Both the position numbers and the translations under genes were made by a program. Of a stretch of DNA of 64,000 nt, positions 13,501 through 22,308 are shown one piece after another; positions within the stretch are counted from its first letter, which is position 1, and every line of letters starts with the position of its first letter. The notes under the pieces are model-generated. The model saw nothing but the letters and a program-made list of their open reading frames with translations. It searched no databases and was not told the origin of the DNA. The stretch comes from Microcoleus sp. (GTDB lineage: Bacteria; Cyanobacteriota; Cyanobacteriia; Cyanobacteriales; Microcoleaceae), in the NCBI GenBank assembly GCA_042408215.1, contig JAYFMW010000007.1, forward strand, positions 1 to 64,000. Reading direction: 5' to 3'.

Positions 13501-16500
13501 ACCTTGTGCTAAATCTGCCGTGGGATTAACTGTGACGCTACTACCGCTAACTGTGACATTTGTGGAAGTAACATTGATAGTTTCTACAACTGAGTTGTCG
13601 GAGGATTTTTTGATGACAATATTGCCAGTGCCTTTTTGGACAGCTTCACTCAAGGTGACAACTAAATTAGCAGCAACTGCAACAGTAGTGGCGTTATCTG
13701 CGGGGGTGAAAGTGGCAGTAGGTGGTGTGGTATCAGGGGCGACAGCAGTGGTAAAATTCCAAGTAGTTGCGCCTGTAGTGCCGACATAATTATTACCTGC
13801 TAAGTCTTGAATTGCACCAGCGGCAATTTCAACGTAGTAACCAGTACCATCAACTAAATCAAGATTGGGATTAACGGTGACGGTACTACCACTAACTGTG
13901 ACATTGGCTGAAGCAACATCAATGGTTTCCACCACTGAGTTATCAGAGACTTTCTTGATGATAATATTGCCAGTGCCTTTTTGGACTGCTTCACTCAAGG
14001 TGACAACTGCATTAGCAGCAACGGCAATATTAGTGGCGTTATTTACAGGTGTGAAAGTGGTGGCTGTAGGCGCTGTGGTGTCAGCAGTGGTGAATTTCCA
14101 AGCAGTTGCACCTGTAGTGCCGGCGTAATTATTACCAGCTAAGTCTTTAATTGCACCGGCCGCAATTTCAACGTAGTAACCAGTACCATCAACTAAATCA
14201 AGATTGGGATTAACGGTGACGGTACTACCACTAACTGTGACATTGGCTGAAGCAACATCAATGGTTTCCACCACTGAGTTATCAGAGACTTTCTTGATAA
14301 CAATATTGCCAGTGCCTTTCTGTACAGCTTCACTCAAGGTGACAACTACATTAGCAGCAACGGCAATATTAGTGGCGTTATTTACAGGTGTGAAAGTGGT
14401 GACAGTAGGCGCTGTGGTGTCAGCGGTGGTAAAATTCCAAGTAGTTGCACCTGTAGTGCCGACATAATTATTACCTGCTAAGTCTTTAATCGCACCGGCC
14501 GCAATTTCAACGTAGTAACCAGTACCTTCTGCTAAATCTGCCGTGGGATCAACTGTGACGCTACTACCGCTAACTGTGACATTGGCTGAAGTCACATCGA
14601 TAGTTTCAACAACCGAGTTGTCGGAAACTTTCTTGATGACAATATTGCCAGTGCCTTTTTGCACCGCTTCACTCAAGTTGACAACTACATTAGCAGCAAC
14701 TGCAATATTAGTGGCGTTATTTACGGGGTTAAAACTGGTAACAGTTGCCCCGGTTTTATCAATTGTATAAATCTGACCGGTGCTATTGCCGTTACCAGCT
14801 CCCGTACCGCCCAAAGGAACACTTAGACTGTTAAGAATACTGTCGTTATCTGTGAGATTTAGCTGTACTGTGCCATCAGCCGTGCCACTATTCACTGCAA
14901 CGGCATAAGTGCTGCCAGTACCAGTGACGCTAGTAATAGCTGCATCGGTAATACTGACCGCCGCTAAATTAAAGTCACTTGTATCAACACCAGTAACGTT
15001 TTCGCTAAAGGTGACAGTATAGTTGACTGTAGCAGCGTTGCTGGGGTTTGCATCAGTGCGAACAATGCTGGCAACAGTCGGGATGGCATTATTGTAATTA
15101 ACTTGGTTATCTGTGCTGGTGCTGGCGGTAGAAGTATTGCCCCCAGCATCGCTGGCTGCATCGGCTTTCACGGAAGCTGTCACCGTACCAGCGGCAGTCA
15201 TTCCCGTGACGGCAACATTGTAGGTAGTGCCGCTCCCGCTGACAGTGGCAGTGGTAGCCCCAGCAGTGCCACCCAAAGTGATATCGGTACTATCAAAACC
15301 CGTTACGGTTTCGGAAAATACAACGGCAAAATTGACAGTTGAGGCAGCGGTGGGATCGGGTTGTCCCGCATCTTGGTTTATGGTGACAGTAGGAGCAGTG
15401 GAGTCAAAAGTACGGGTTAAGGCGGTGGTGGCGGTGTTGTTATTTCCAGCCGCATCGGTGGCCACACTGCTAGGGACATCAACTGTAACGGTTCCCTGGC
15501 TGGTGGGGGTGACGGTGAAGGTGTAGGTAGTCCCAGAGCCACTCAAGCCGCTGACGGTGCCGTTGGTGACGGTGATATCGGTGTCAACAAAGTTGGTTGT
15601 GCTTTCGCTGAAGGTGGCCGTGACGGGAAATGGGGCGTTGACTGTGGCTGCGGTAGCCGAAGTTAAAGCGACTGTAGGGGCTGCACTGTCAAAAGTACGG
15701 GTTAAGGCGGTGGCGGCGGTGTTGTTATTTCCAGCCGCATCGGTGGCCACACTGCTAGGGACATCAACTGTAACGGTTCCCTGGCTGGTGGGGGTGACGG
15801 TGAAGGTGTAGGTAGTCCCAGAGCCACTCAAGCCGCTGACGGTGCCGTTGGTGACGGTGATATCGGTGTCAACAAAGTTGGTTGTGCTTTCGCTGAAGGT
15901 GGCCGTGACGGGAAATGGGGCGTTGACTGTGGCTGCGGTAGCCGAAGTTAAAGCGACTGTAGGGGCTGCACTGTCAAAAGTACGGGTTAAGGCGGTGGCG
16001 GCGGTGTTGTTATTTCCTGTCTCATCGGTGGCTACCCCAGCCGGAACATCAACTGTAACGGTTCCCTGGCTGGTGGGGGTAACGGTGAAGGTGTAGGTAG
16101 TCCCAGAGCCACTCAAGCCGCTGACGGTGCCGTTGGTGACGGTGATATCGGTGTCAACAAAGTTGGTTGTGCTTTCGCTGAAGGTGGCCGTGACGGCAAA
16201 TGGGGCGTTGACGGTGGCTGCGGCAGCGGAACTGAGGCTGACAGTGGGAGCTAAAGCATCAATAGTTAAACTATTACTTGCTATGGGTGTACCGGTTTTG
16301 GTACCACTATCAAAGGTAATATTAGTTAAACTGGGTGCTGCTAAATTGATGGTATCAGCATCAGTAGGCGATGCAGCAATATCAGTAGTGACGAATAGAT
16401 AACCAGTGCTACCTTTAGTAATAGCTTGAGTTAATCCTGTGAAAGACAAACTACCACCTGATGCTACGGGTGCTAGGCTTGATAGTTGGGTATCGCCTAC

Positions 16501-18420
16501 ATCAAATGTGCCATCAGCCGAATACCACAATTTGAAATTAGAGACATCAGCCGCTTGATAAGTACCGCCTGTAGTGAGAGTTAAACCTGTAAGTTTGGTA
16601 TCCCATCCTGTCACTGCTAAGTTGACTTGATAGAGCAATTTATTGGTATTACTGGGGCCGACTGTCGCAGCGGAGATGGCTGGTGTGGTGACGACAATAT
16701 CGGGACTACCATAGCGGGCTAAAGCAAAGTCATTGTTACTGCCATTGTTAGCAAATCCAGCGACGACAATTTTCCCACTACTATCTAGGCTTATGGCAGA
16801 GATAATATCGTTGCTACTGCCGATCGCAGTAGTGACTTTACCATCAGTATCAAAAGTGGTATCCAAGCTGCCGTCACTGTTGTACCGGGCGAGGCCAAAG
16901 TCATCGTTACTGCCATTGTTGGCATACCCCGCCACCATTATTTTCCCACTACTATCTATGGTCAGGGCACGGCCTCGGTCGTTGCTACTGCCAATAGCAG
17001 TAGTGACTTTACCATCGGTATCAAAAGTGCTATCCAAACTGCCGTCACTGTTATACCGCGCGAGGGCAAAGTCATCGTTACTGCCATTGTTGGCATACCC
17101 CGCCACCACAATTTTTCCACTACTATCTGTGGTGATGATATCGCCTTCGTCGTTCCCAGGGCCAATAGCAGTAGTGAGTTTACCATCGGTATCAAAAGTG
17201 ATGTCCAAGCTACCGTTAGTGTTGTATCGGGCGAGGCCGAAGTCAAAGTTACTCCCATTGTGAGTAGGCCCTGCTACCAGGATTTTTCCACTACTATCTA
17301 TGGTTATGGCATTGCCAAATTCGTTGAAACTGCCGATCGCAGTGGTGACTTTACCATCGGTATCAAAAGTGGTATCCAAGCTACCATCAGTGTTGTACCG
17401 GGCGAGGGCAAAGTCAAAGTTACCGCTATTGTTGGTAAACCCCGACACCAGGATTTTTCCACTACTATCTATGGTCATGGCATTGCCAAATTCGTCGCTA
17501 CTACCGATCGCAGTAGTGACTTTACCATCGGTATCAAAAGTGGTATCCAAGGTGCCGTCAGTGTTGTAGCGGGCGAGGGCAAAGTCATTGTTACTACCGT
17601 TGTGAGCATACCCTGCTACCACGATTTTCCCACTACTATCTATTCTCATGGCATTGACTTGATCGTTCCCCGGGCCGATAGCAGTAGTCACTTTACCACC
17701 AGTACCAAAACTGGTATCCAAGGTTCCGTCAGTGTTGTACCGAGTGAGGGCAAAGTCAAAGTTACCGCCATTGTCCGCATACCCCGCGACGACGATTTTG
17801 CCACTACTATCGATGGCGATCCCTCGGCCTTCGTCGTTACCACTGCCGATCGGAGTGATGACTTTCCCTGTACTATTAAAACTGGTGTCTAAATCCCCTG
17901 CACCTAATACGCCTTGATAAGTTAATTGCAGATCCGGGGTAATAATACTAGGTGCAGATATTTCTCCTAATTTTACTTCTAATTCCCAATCCCCACCGAG
18001 TGCCGCATTCCCCGTCTTGTCGGTGGATGCTGCTACATCTGCCCCGGTTATTTCGCTGAGGCGTTTTACGAAGTTTTCTCCAGCTTCTCCCGCTGCTACA
18101 TCGCATCCATAAAGTAGGATATCGCCATTTGCTGTCAGGGCATTTCCCCACTGTTTTATCTGAGCGTTAAAATTTTCTAGGTTATGCTCATTGAGTACGT
18201 CAGCACCGAGTTTTAAACTGCCTTCGCTGCCGTGAGAAACTATATGAACTGCTTCAATATCTTTTTGATCTGCCAAGGCGTTAGTAATTTGGTCTATGGC
18301 GCTGGAATTTTCCTTTAAAATGACAATTTGAGCGCCATCGATGCCTTGAATCAGGCTTCGATAATCCTGTACAGAGGAGTCTACGAAAATAATTTGCTTG
18401 TTCATAGTTGATAAGTTCAT
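7567..18420 (-). CDS. 3617-aa DUF4347 / delta-60 repeat propeller / Ig-like repeats / RTX Ca-binding surface protein (likely type I secreted)
   Basis: DUF4347 N-terminus; about 7 LDTTFDTDGKVTT..GKIVVAG..FALARY repeats; two classes of Ig-like repeat; GGxGxD nonapeptides; RTX-type C-terminus. Confidence 0.92.
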   Translation of the reverse strand: MNLSTMNKQIIFVDSSVQDYRSLIQGIDGAQIVILKENSSAIDQITNALADQKDIEAVHIVSHGSEGSLKLGADVLNEHNLENFNAQIKQWGNALTANGDILLYGCDVAAGEAGENFVKRLSEITGADVAASTDKTGNAALGGDWELEVKLGEISAPSIITPDLQLTYQGVLGAGDLDTSFNSTGKVITPIGSGNDEGRGIAIDSSGKIVVAGYADNGGNFDFALTRYNTDGTLDTSFGTGGKVTTAIGPGNDQVNAMRIDSSGKIVVAGYAHNGSNNDFALARYNTDGTLDTTFDTDGKVTTAIGSSDEFGNAMTIDSSGKILVSGFTNNSGNFDFALARYNTDGSLDTTFDTDGKVTTAIGSFNEFGNAITIDSSGKILVAGPTHNGSNFDFGLARYNTNGSLDITFDTDGKLTTAIGPGNDEGDIITTDSSGKIVVAGYANNGSNDDFALARYNSDGSLDSTFDTDGKVTTAIGSSNDRGRALTIDSSGKIMVAGYANNGSNDDFGLARYNSDGSLDTTFDTDGKVTTAIGSSNDIISAISLDSSGKIVVAGFANNGSNNDFALARYGSPDIVVTTPAISAATVGPSNTNKLLYQVNLAVTGWDTKLTGLTLTTGGTYQAADVSNFKLWYSADGTFDVGDTQLSSLAPVASGGSLSFTGLTQAITKGSTGYLFVTTDIAASPTDADTINLAAPSLTNITFDSGTKTGTPIASNSLTIDALAPTVSLSSAAAATVNAPFAVTATFSESTTNFVDTDITVTNGTVSGLSGSGTTYTFTVTPTSQGTVTVDVPAGVATDETGNNNTAATALTRTFDSAAPTVALTSATAATVNAPFPVTATFSESTTNFVDTDITVTNGTVSGLSGSGTTYTFTVTPTSQGTVTVDVPSSVATDAAGNNNTAATALTRTFDSAAPTVALTSATAATVNAPFPVTATFSESTTNFVDTDITVTNGTVSGLSGSGTTYTFTVTPTSQGTVTVDVPSSVATDAAGNNNTATTALTRTFDSTAPTVTINQDAGQPDPTAASTVNFAVVFSETVTGFDSTDITLGGTAGATTATVSGSGTTYNVAVTGMTAAGTVTASVKADAASDAGGNTSTASTSTDNQVNYNNAIPTVASIVRTDANPSNAATVNYTVTFSENVTGVDTSDFNLAAVSITDAAITSVTGTGSTYAVAVNSGTADGTVQLNLTDNDSILNSLSVPLGGTGAGNGNSTGQIYTIDKTGATVTSFNPVNNATNIAVAANVVVNLSEAVQKGTGNIVIKKVSDNSVVETIDVTSANVTVSGSSVTVDPTADLAEGTGYYVEIAAGAIKDLAGNNYVGTTGATTWNFTTADTTAPTVTTFTPVNNATNIAVAANVVVTLSEAVQKGTGNIVIKKVSDNSVVETIDVASANVTVSGSTVTVNPNLDLVDGTGYYVEIAAGAIKDLAGNNYAGTTGATAWKFTTADTTAPTATTFTPVNNATNIAVAANAVVTLSEAVQKGTGNIIIKKVSDNSVVETIDVASANVTVSGSTVTVNPNLDLVDGTGYYVEIAAGAIQDLAGNNYVGTTGATTWNFTTAVAPDTTPPTATFTPADNATTVAVAANLVVTLSEAVQKGTGNIVIKKSSDNSVVETINVTSTNVTVSGSSVTVNPTADLAQGTGYYVEIAAGAIKDLAGNNYAGTTGATTWNFTTAVAPDTTPPTATFTPADNATTVAVAANLVVTLSEAVQKGTGNIVIKKSSDNSVVETINVTSTNVTVSGSSVTVNPTADLAQGTGYYVEIAVGAIKDLAGNNYAGTTGATTWNFTTAVAPDTTPPTATFTPADNATTVAVAANLVVTLSEAVQKGTGNIVIKKSSDNSVVETINVTAANVTVSGSTVTVNPTLDLVNGTGYYVEIAAGAIQDLAGNNYVGTTGATTWNFTTAVAPDTTPPTATFTPADNATTVAVAANLVVTLSEAVQKGTGNIVIKKSSDNSVVETINVTAANVTVSGSTVTVNPTLDLVNGTGYYVEIAAGAIQDLAGNNYVGTTGATTWNFTTAVAPDTTPPTATFTPADNATTVAVAANLVVTLSEAVQKGTGNIVIKKSSDNSVVETINVTAANVTVSGSTVTVNPTADLVDGTGYYVEIAAGAIKDLAGNNYVGTTGATTWNFTTAVAPDTTPPTAASFTPADIVEKGLAKLDEIVKKEQQSIKLPIVGPFQNLNQDFIGSFKNSLVNALKTGSDLTAEQLQTNLRNSLGANFNITVQKNTTNEESTWDIAVGRKYQLGTVNVLKDIGMPALGFNADGNGNANLDYQLNFSLGNSKTFGNYINTSKTNLTTNLGFGLNDSFKTSAKLGFFPATLNENTTQGKRTQIGGTYQLKLNDLDNLGGINDGDRLTEAELNSSYNPQKLSQSTFSTSGDLSLKGRTNVVSKAFPNLVFEMKFGFPKADYVNGNSVSSASIPNVEVNNAKLDFGEFITGIAQPVFTKVDQVLKPFRPVIDFLNADTQIFSKIGMENLFKDIDNNRKRVSVIEMVSTLSSLSGRPISTGFIETIVKLDRVTKLVNDSIKNNDTILMDLGSFKLDNYNPLKRIEEFEKTSPQAKAIVKIGKEELKKKDPKAAAVLTALEVVDGLDVPIITKPETAIQLLLGKPDVPIVTLNLDNLDLDVPINITKPLPPFPPVSVGFEGNLKAKADLKFGYDTYGLQQWKATNYASDKIQLLRDGFYVSDRKNADGTGQDVPELTISANLAAKAGPDIKVADFYILGGIKGNVNVDLRDVGEREGRSDGKLRASEIDTVLNSAQPWNIINSVSGTINGSLDIRATAGIGPLKTTLYQNNLATFPLAKFGWETGNSTAPQGTSKSPSLFDVFVPFPVLPKSFTVGGFAKAFGQTKLSYSPAYRALNLAVAITNNPVIKRIFPAPILGPINTLANAGRDVVGSVLSLPFNVISQGPKAAIKDTVQSFSSGVKAVAKVGKSIGKSIGKLFNSEVTGAEVFFDANFNGILDPDEPFTITNADGTYDLDIFVPNFDTNQSGFLDPEEGRVVGIGGINTATNLPLETPLFASEGTTITPLTTLVSELERKGMDAEEAQAKVQAALGIPADVDLGNYDAIEAMRDNELTGLIIYSPHVQVQVAIVLVTNLFANASNLSKVEIATKVIGELSKVVEPGTPVNLSDPALLQRLIESVAQSVQKPEVASLAGNVAKIIAAGNQRISDIAASNISIAEAALRIAQVEKAMLAEVAKDLQQVGAGTKNIEEALSENTGAAFDKMIAEANVESPLTVKNVQYGSESSTDTDTTPDTTPGTVTPTSTTAISGKPTPIPLVTPTPKTTSTPSETPSATTSETPTPSETTNNLSDDDCICDRITYPKFNQPNAVENTIIGGAAIQIGTAKNDELLGSNTANIFNGQSGDDNLYGGAGNDIFNGNQGNDFITGGKGDDILYGDEGNDIILGESGNDLMYGGKGNDLLHGREGTDIIYGNKDDDFIDGGKDNDTLYGGKGNDILLGSQGDDNLFGQDGDDTICGGEGNDLINGDAGADILGGCAGNDTLYGGADNDTLTGGKGDDLLDGGMGNDSLIGGSGNDIFVLKAGQGFDIIADFTLGQDLIGLSGGLSFSQLAITQNTQGTLIKNLLTGEQLGVMVGVSPTAITSANFRLV

Positions 18421-18540
18421 AATTGCTTAACTCCTTGATATATATCGTTTACATTCAAGTCTGGCCGGGGTTGAAACCCCCGCCTCATATCAATTCCGGT
18501 TGCACCGGAATAATATAGAGGACACGGCAGTGCCGTTTCC

Positions 18541-18687
18541 CTACCCAAAATAATCTTGTAGGGACACGGCATTGCCGTGTCCTAATTAACTACCCAAAAT
18601 AATCTTGTAGGGACACGGCATTGCCGTGTCCTAATTAACTACCCAAAATAATCTTGTAGGGACACGGCATTGCCGTGTCCTAATTAA
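18541..18687. repeat. 3 x 49-bp tandem REP-like palindrome
   Basis: GTAGGGACACGGCATTGCCGTGTCCTA core; units start 18541, 18590, 18639. Confidence 0.9.
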
Positions 18688-18688
18688 C

Positions 18689-19293
18689 GGAAAACTGATT
18701 GTCTTCGCTCATGGCTGACAACATTCGATCGACTTGCGCCCCCAGGGCGATCGTCATCGCAGTGTGAAACGCGAATTTTGGCGCAACAAAGCCGCCAGCA
18801 AAGTAGAACCCGATCGAGGTAATCCTGATATGAAGTGACCTTTCACTTACCTCGCGTTGGAATGGGTGCGAATAACTTAGATGCGAGCTAGCTATATCAT
18901 ACTAAAGGCATATTTTTTCTCCAGATTTTTATTTAATATTTCGCAACACAACATCAAGGTTTACGAGATCTTTATAATCTAGACATCGTGGGTTGACTTT
19001 CCCTATCTCTATCATTGCTTCCTGTCCCTGCCTTTGTAAAGTCGGAAAAGTCGGATCTTAAAGTCGGAAAAGTAGGATCTTTGCCATGAGGACATAATTA
19101 CTTGACAATTTTTACCGCAGATGGTATTGCGGTTCTCAAGAAAGTGAGGTATGCCCTATGCCCTATGCCCTACGCCCTACGCCCTATGCCCTATGCACGT
19201 CGGGTATCTCATGTTACTGAGAAAGGCTATAGCGGATGTACGCGGATGTACGCGGATGAATGTTGATTTGGATTTAAGGGCGATCGCCCTTTT
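18689..19293 (-). promoter_or_regulatory. Duplicated upstream promoter/leader block, copy 2
   Basis: Near-identical to 6915-7520. Confidence 0.7.
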
Positions 19294-19341
19294 TTACTTA
19301 ATGGCGATCGCCCAAATCGCGAATTCTACACCGAAGGGATA

Positions 19342-20181
19342 TCAAGTATTAAAATTCAATAGCCAAAACCCAGTGTAAGTCATGCCGCTATCATCAGGCT
19401 GTACTAACAAAAAATGTAATCCTTTACTTAGTTGTTTGCGCTGTTGATAAATTTCGGCCGCCGCTTTCACCTCATCATCTGCAAAAGTCGCAACCACAAA
19501 CCTATCTGCTAACCCAGCTTCCAATATCAACCCATCGGGAGCTCCAGCAATATAATTTAAAGCGAAAGGTTTAGCATCCTGAAGCCATCTAGCCAAGCGC
19601 ATAGACTGTCGCCCGCCGTCAATGACAACTCCCGGTACAGCTACTGTTGAAGACAATCCCAAATTCAGTGGTAGCAGGGATTCTGGCATCTCCAAAATAG
19701 GCAGCGGACGCCCTTGGAAAGCATCTTCAATATCGCCGGCGGGAAGGGAAGCAAAACGCCAGCTATCGCCCCACAAGTTTTCTGGTAAAGGTAGGGGTGG
19801 TGGTGACTCAAGGGCGATCGCATTGTAGGTTTCGCCAGTATAATTCGGCATGATTGGGTATTCCTTGGCCCGTGATTGTAGCAGCAATTTCAGGGCGGGG
19901 GTGCGACGTGTTGCTTCTACTTTGATGCCCAAAACTTTGCCCGCAGCTTCGATTAGACTGAGAGATTGAGGTCTAAATACTTGCAGGCGATCGGGCTTTT
20001 TATGAATTTGACTTTGTTGCTGCAACTGCGATGCTAGCCAAGTAGAATTAGCTTGCGATTGGCTACAAAAAGCGCTGAATTCAAAACTTCGCGCCGCATC
20101 GCAAATTAAGAGTTCCCACAGTGGTTTTCCCGCTTCGTCTTGGAGAGGGCGACGGTAAAAATCGGCTTGCCAAATTTGCAT
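19342..20181 (-). CDS. Tab2/Atab2 family RNA-binding protein (DUF1092)
   Basis: MQIWQADFYRRP..WELLICD and GLHFLLVQPDDSGMTYTGFWLL motifs. Confidence 0.85.
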   Translation of the reverse strand: MQIWQADFYRRPLQDEAGKPLWELLICDAARSFEFSAFCSQSQANSTWLASQLQQQSQIHKKPDRLQVFRPQSLSLIEAAGKVLGIKVEATRRTPALKLLLQSRAKEYPIMPNYTGETYNAIALESPPPLPLPENLWGDSWRFASLPAGDIEDAFQGRPLPILEMPESLLPLNLGLSSTVAVPGVVIDGGRQSMRLARWLQDAKPFALNYIAGAPDGLILEAGLADRFVVATFADDEVKAAAEIYQQRKQLSKGLHFLLVQPDDSGMTYTGFWLLNFNT

Positions 20182-20241
20182 AAACAATTAAAAATAAACT
20201 CAACAACTGTATTATTTTAATATAACTGTGCAACAATGATG

Positions 20242-21465
20242 TCATTTAATACCGCGAACTAAATACATATCCAGTTCGCCCTTATTTTTAGCAGAAATTT
20301 TGCCTCGGTGTTCGCATTCAAAAAAATCTTTGACTAATTCAAATGTTGCGTGAGAGATATTGATATTTCCCGGTACGCCAGAAGATTCCATCCGAGATGC
20401 GGTATTAACTGTATCTCCCCAGACATCATAGACAAACTTTTTATTGCCGATTACTCCAGCTAGCAAAGGGCCGGAATGAATGCCGATGCGGAGATCCCAA
20501 TAAGGAATATTTTGAGCGAATTTATGCTGTTTTCGCAGTTCCATGAACTGTAGAATTTCTCTGGCCGCCAGCACAGCGTCTAGGGCGTGTGTGGGGCTGG
20601 GTTGAGGAATTCCTGACGCACACATATAACTGTCGCCAATGGTTTTCAATTTTTCCAAGCAGTATTTATCCACCACCTGATCGAAATAAGAAAAACAATA
20701 GTCAAGTTCGTCCACTAACTCTCGTGGTGTCATTTTTTCTGATAACTGAGTAAAGCCTTGAAAATCGGTAAATAAAACCGATACGCTGTCATGATGAACT
20801 GGTTCCACTTTGCCGTTATTTTTGAGTTCATTGGCAATTTCAACCGGGAGCACATTCAAAAGTAGCTTGTCTGATTTGTGCTTTTCGGCATTTAGTTCAG
20901 CATACAGTCTATTGATCTCTTTGAACCGTTCAGCATTGCGGATGGCTGAGGATAGTTGCAAAGCTAAAAGATAGCCAATCCGCACATCTTCTTGGTTGTA
21001 AGAATGCGGCTTGGTTGTGGCAAAAAGAATTGTCCCCAAAACCTTACCTTCGCTTGCTAAAGGAATGATAATTTGGGAGGCGTAGCTGGACCCAATATCA
21101 GCAGCAAATCCTTCGTGAATTAGTTGCGGTTGTGCTGTTTTGAAGGCTTTTTTTATGGGAGCGTTTTCTGGGAAGCTGGCAAGATCTAAATTGATGGCTT
21201 TGCCAAACAGTGTGGTGCAAGAGTTTATGCTGTGCAGGCAAATGCTACAGTGTTCAAAGTCTAGCAGCCATTTGGCTTGCTTGCCTACTACTCGAAAAAT
21301 TAAATCGATATCGAGGGTGCTGTTAATTGCGGTGGCAATTTCATTGACGGCAGCAATGCGTGTGGAAAGGGACTGAGCTTCTGCTAATAAGCTGCGCGCT
21401 GTTAGCAGAAGTTCTTCCCGGTTTTGATCTTCTAGTCGATTACCCATATTAGGGATGTGGGACAT
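20242..21465 (-). CDS. GAF-domain class III adenylate cyclase
   Basis: VLFTDFQGFT, KTIGDSYM and YDVWGDTVNTASRMES motifs; N-terminal GAF-like region. Confidence 0.9.
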   Translation of the reverse strand: MSHIPNMGNRLEDQNREELLLTARSLLAEAQSLSTRIAAVNEIATAINSTLDIDLIFRVVGKQAKWLLDFEHCSICLHSINSCTTLFGKAINLDLASFPENAPIKKAFKTAQPQLIHEGFAADIGSSYASQIIIPLASEGKVLGTILFATTKPHSYNQEDVRIGYLLALQLSSAIRNAERFKEINRLYAELNAEKHKSDKLLLNVLPVEIANELKNNGKVEPVHHDSVSVLFTDFQGFTQLSEKMTPRELVDELDYCFSYFDQVVDKYCLEKLKTIGDSYMCASGIPQPSPTHALDAVLAAREILQFMELRKQHKFAQNIPYWDLRIGIHSGPLLAGVIGNKKFVYDVWGDTVNTASRMESSGVPGNINISHATFELVKDFFECEHRGKISAKNKGELDMYLVRGIK

Positions 21466-21468
21466 AGA

Positions 21469-22011
21469 TTACAACGCATCTATTTCGAGGTCAATAGCAT
21501 CAGTATATCTGTTGACACTGCTAAACAGGTCTGCCGTCGCAATCAATTCAAAGATTTCTGCATTATCTAGTCCTAAATCCCGCAGGTTTTGGTAGTGAGT
21601 TGCTGTGAGCTGCTGGGGAGTGGTGGCGGCTTGCAAACCAAAGGTAATTACGGCTTTTTCGCGATCGGGCAGGGGGCAGTTGGCAAAGTCTGAAACCAGC
21701 AGATGCAGGACTTCTTCGCTAATTCCCAAAGCTGAGAGTCCGTGGAGGTGAACTTTTAAGGCGTACTGGCTATTATTTGCTTGGGAAATGGCGACTCCGA
21801 TCATTTCTTTGAGGGTGCGGGGCACATCTCCTTGCAGGATTGTAGACCGAAATTTTTTCCAGTTTGCTTCTAATAAGTCTGGGTTGGTGGCCATTGACTT
21901 GAACAGGTTTGGTACGATGCCAAATCCTAGTTCTGTCAAGATTTCGTCGTATACTGCTTGAGCTTTTGGATCGGTGAGTTGCTCGTATTCGGCGATCGGA
22001 AAGTGTGTCAT
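21469..22011 (-). CDS. AhpD/carboxymuconolactone decarboxylase family protein lacking CxxC
   Basis: LGFGIVPNLFKSMA..LKEMIGVAISQANNSQYALKVH pattern. Confidence 0.8.
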   Translation of the reverse strand: MTHFPIAEYEQLTDPKAQAVYDEILTELGFGIVPNLFKSMATNPDLLEANWKKFRSTILQGDVPRTLKEMIGVAISQANNSQYALKVHLHGLSALGISEEVLHLLVSDFANCPLPDREKAVITFGLQAATTPQQLTATHYQNLRDLGLDNAEIFELIATADLFSSVNRYTDAIDLEIDAL

Positions 22012-22308
22012 GTGTATTATAGTTTTTACTACTGTTGATGGTCAGATGCACCGCTTTATACAAACCACAAGTAGTGAATATGAGCTAGCAGGGGGTAGGA
22101 TTTTTGCTACTCGATTCAATATCTACATTATTACAGCCGAAAAATTTAACATCCGGATTTTAACACATACTTCCGCATTTTGAAACAAAAAATCTTGGTC
22201 GATCGACCAAGAACACCCGCTCTACGCCCTCAATTTTCCCCTCTCCTGCAACCAAACAAGGTTATTATAGGTAAACTGTAAACTTCTATCCTTGTCGCTG
22301 CATTTGCT

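Noticed and set aside
91..17917. Many repeated plus-strand ORFs of about 85 aa
   Set aside because: Antisense shadows of the Thr/Val-rich coding repeats.
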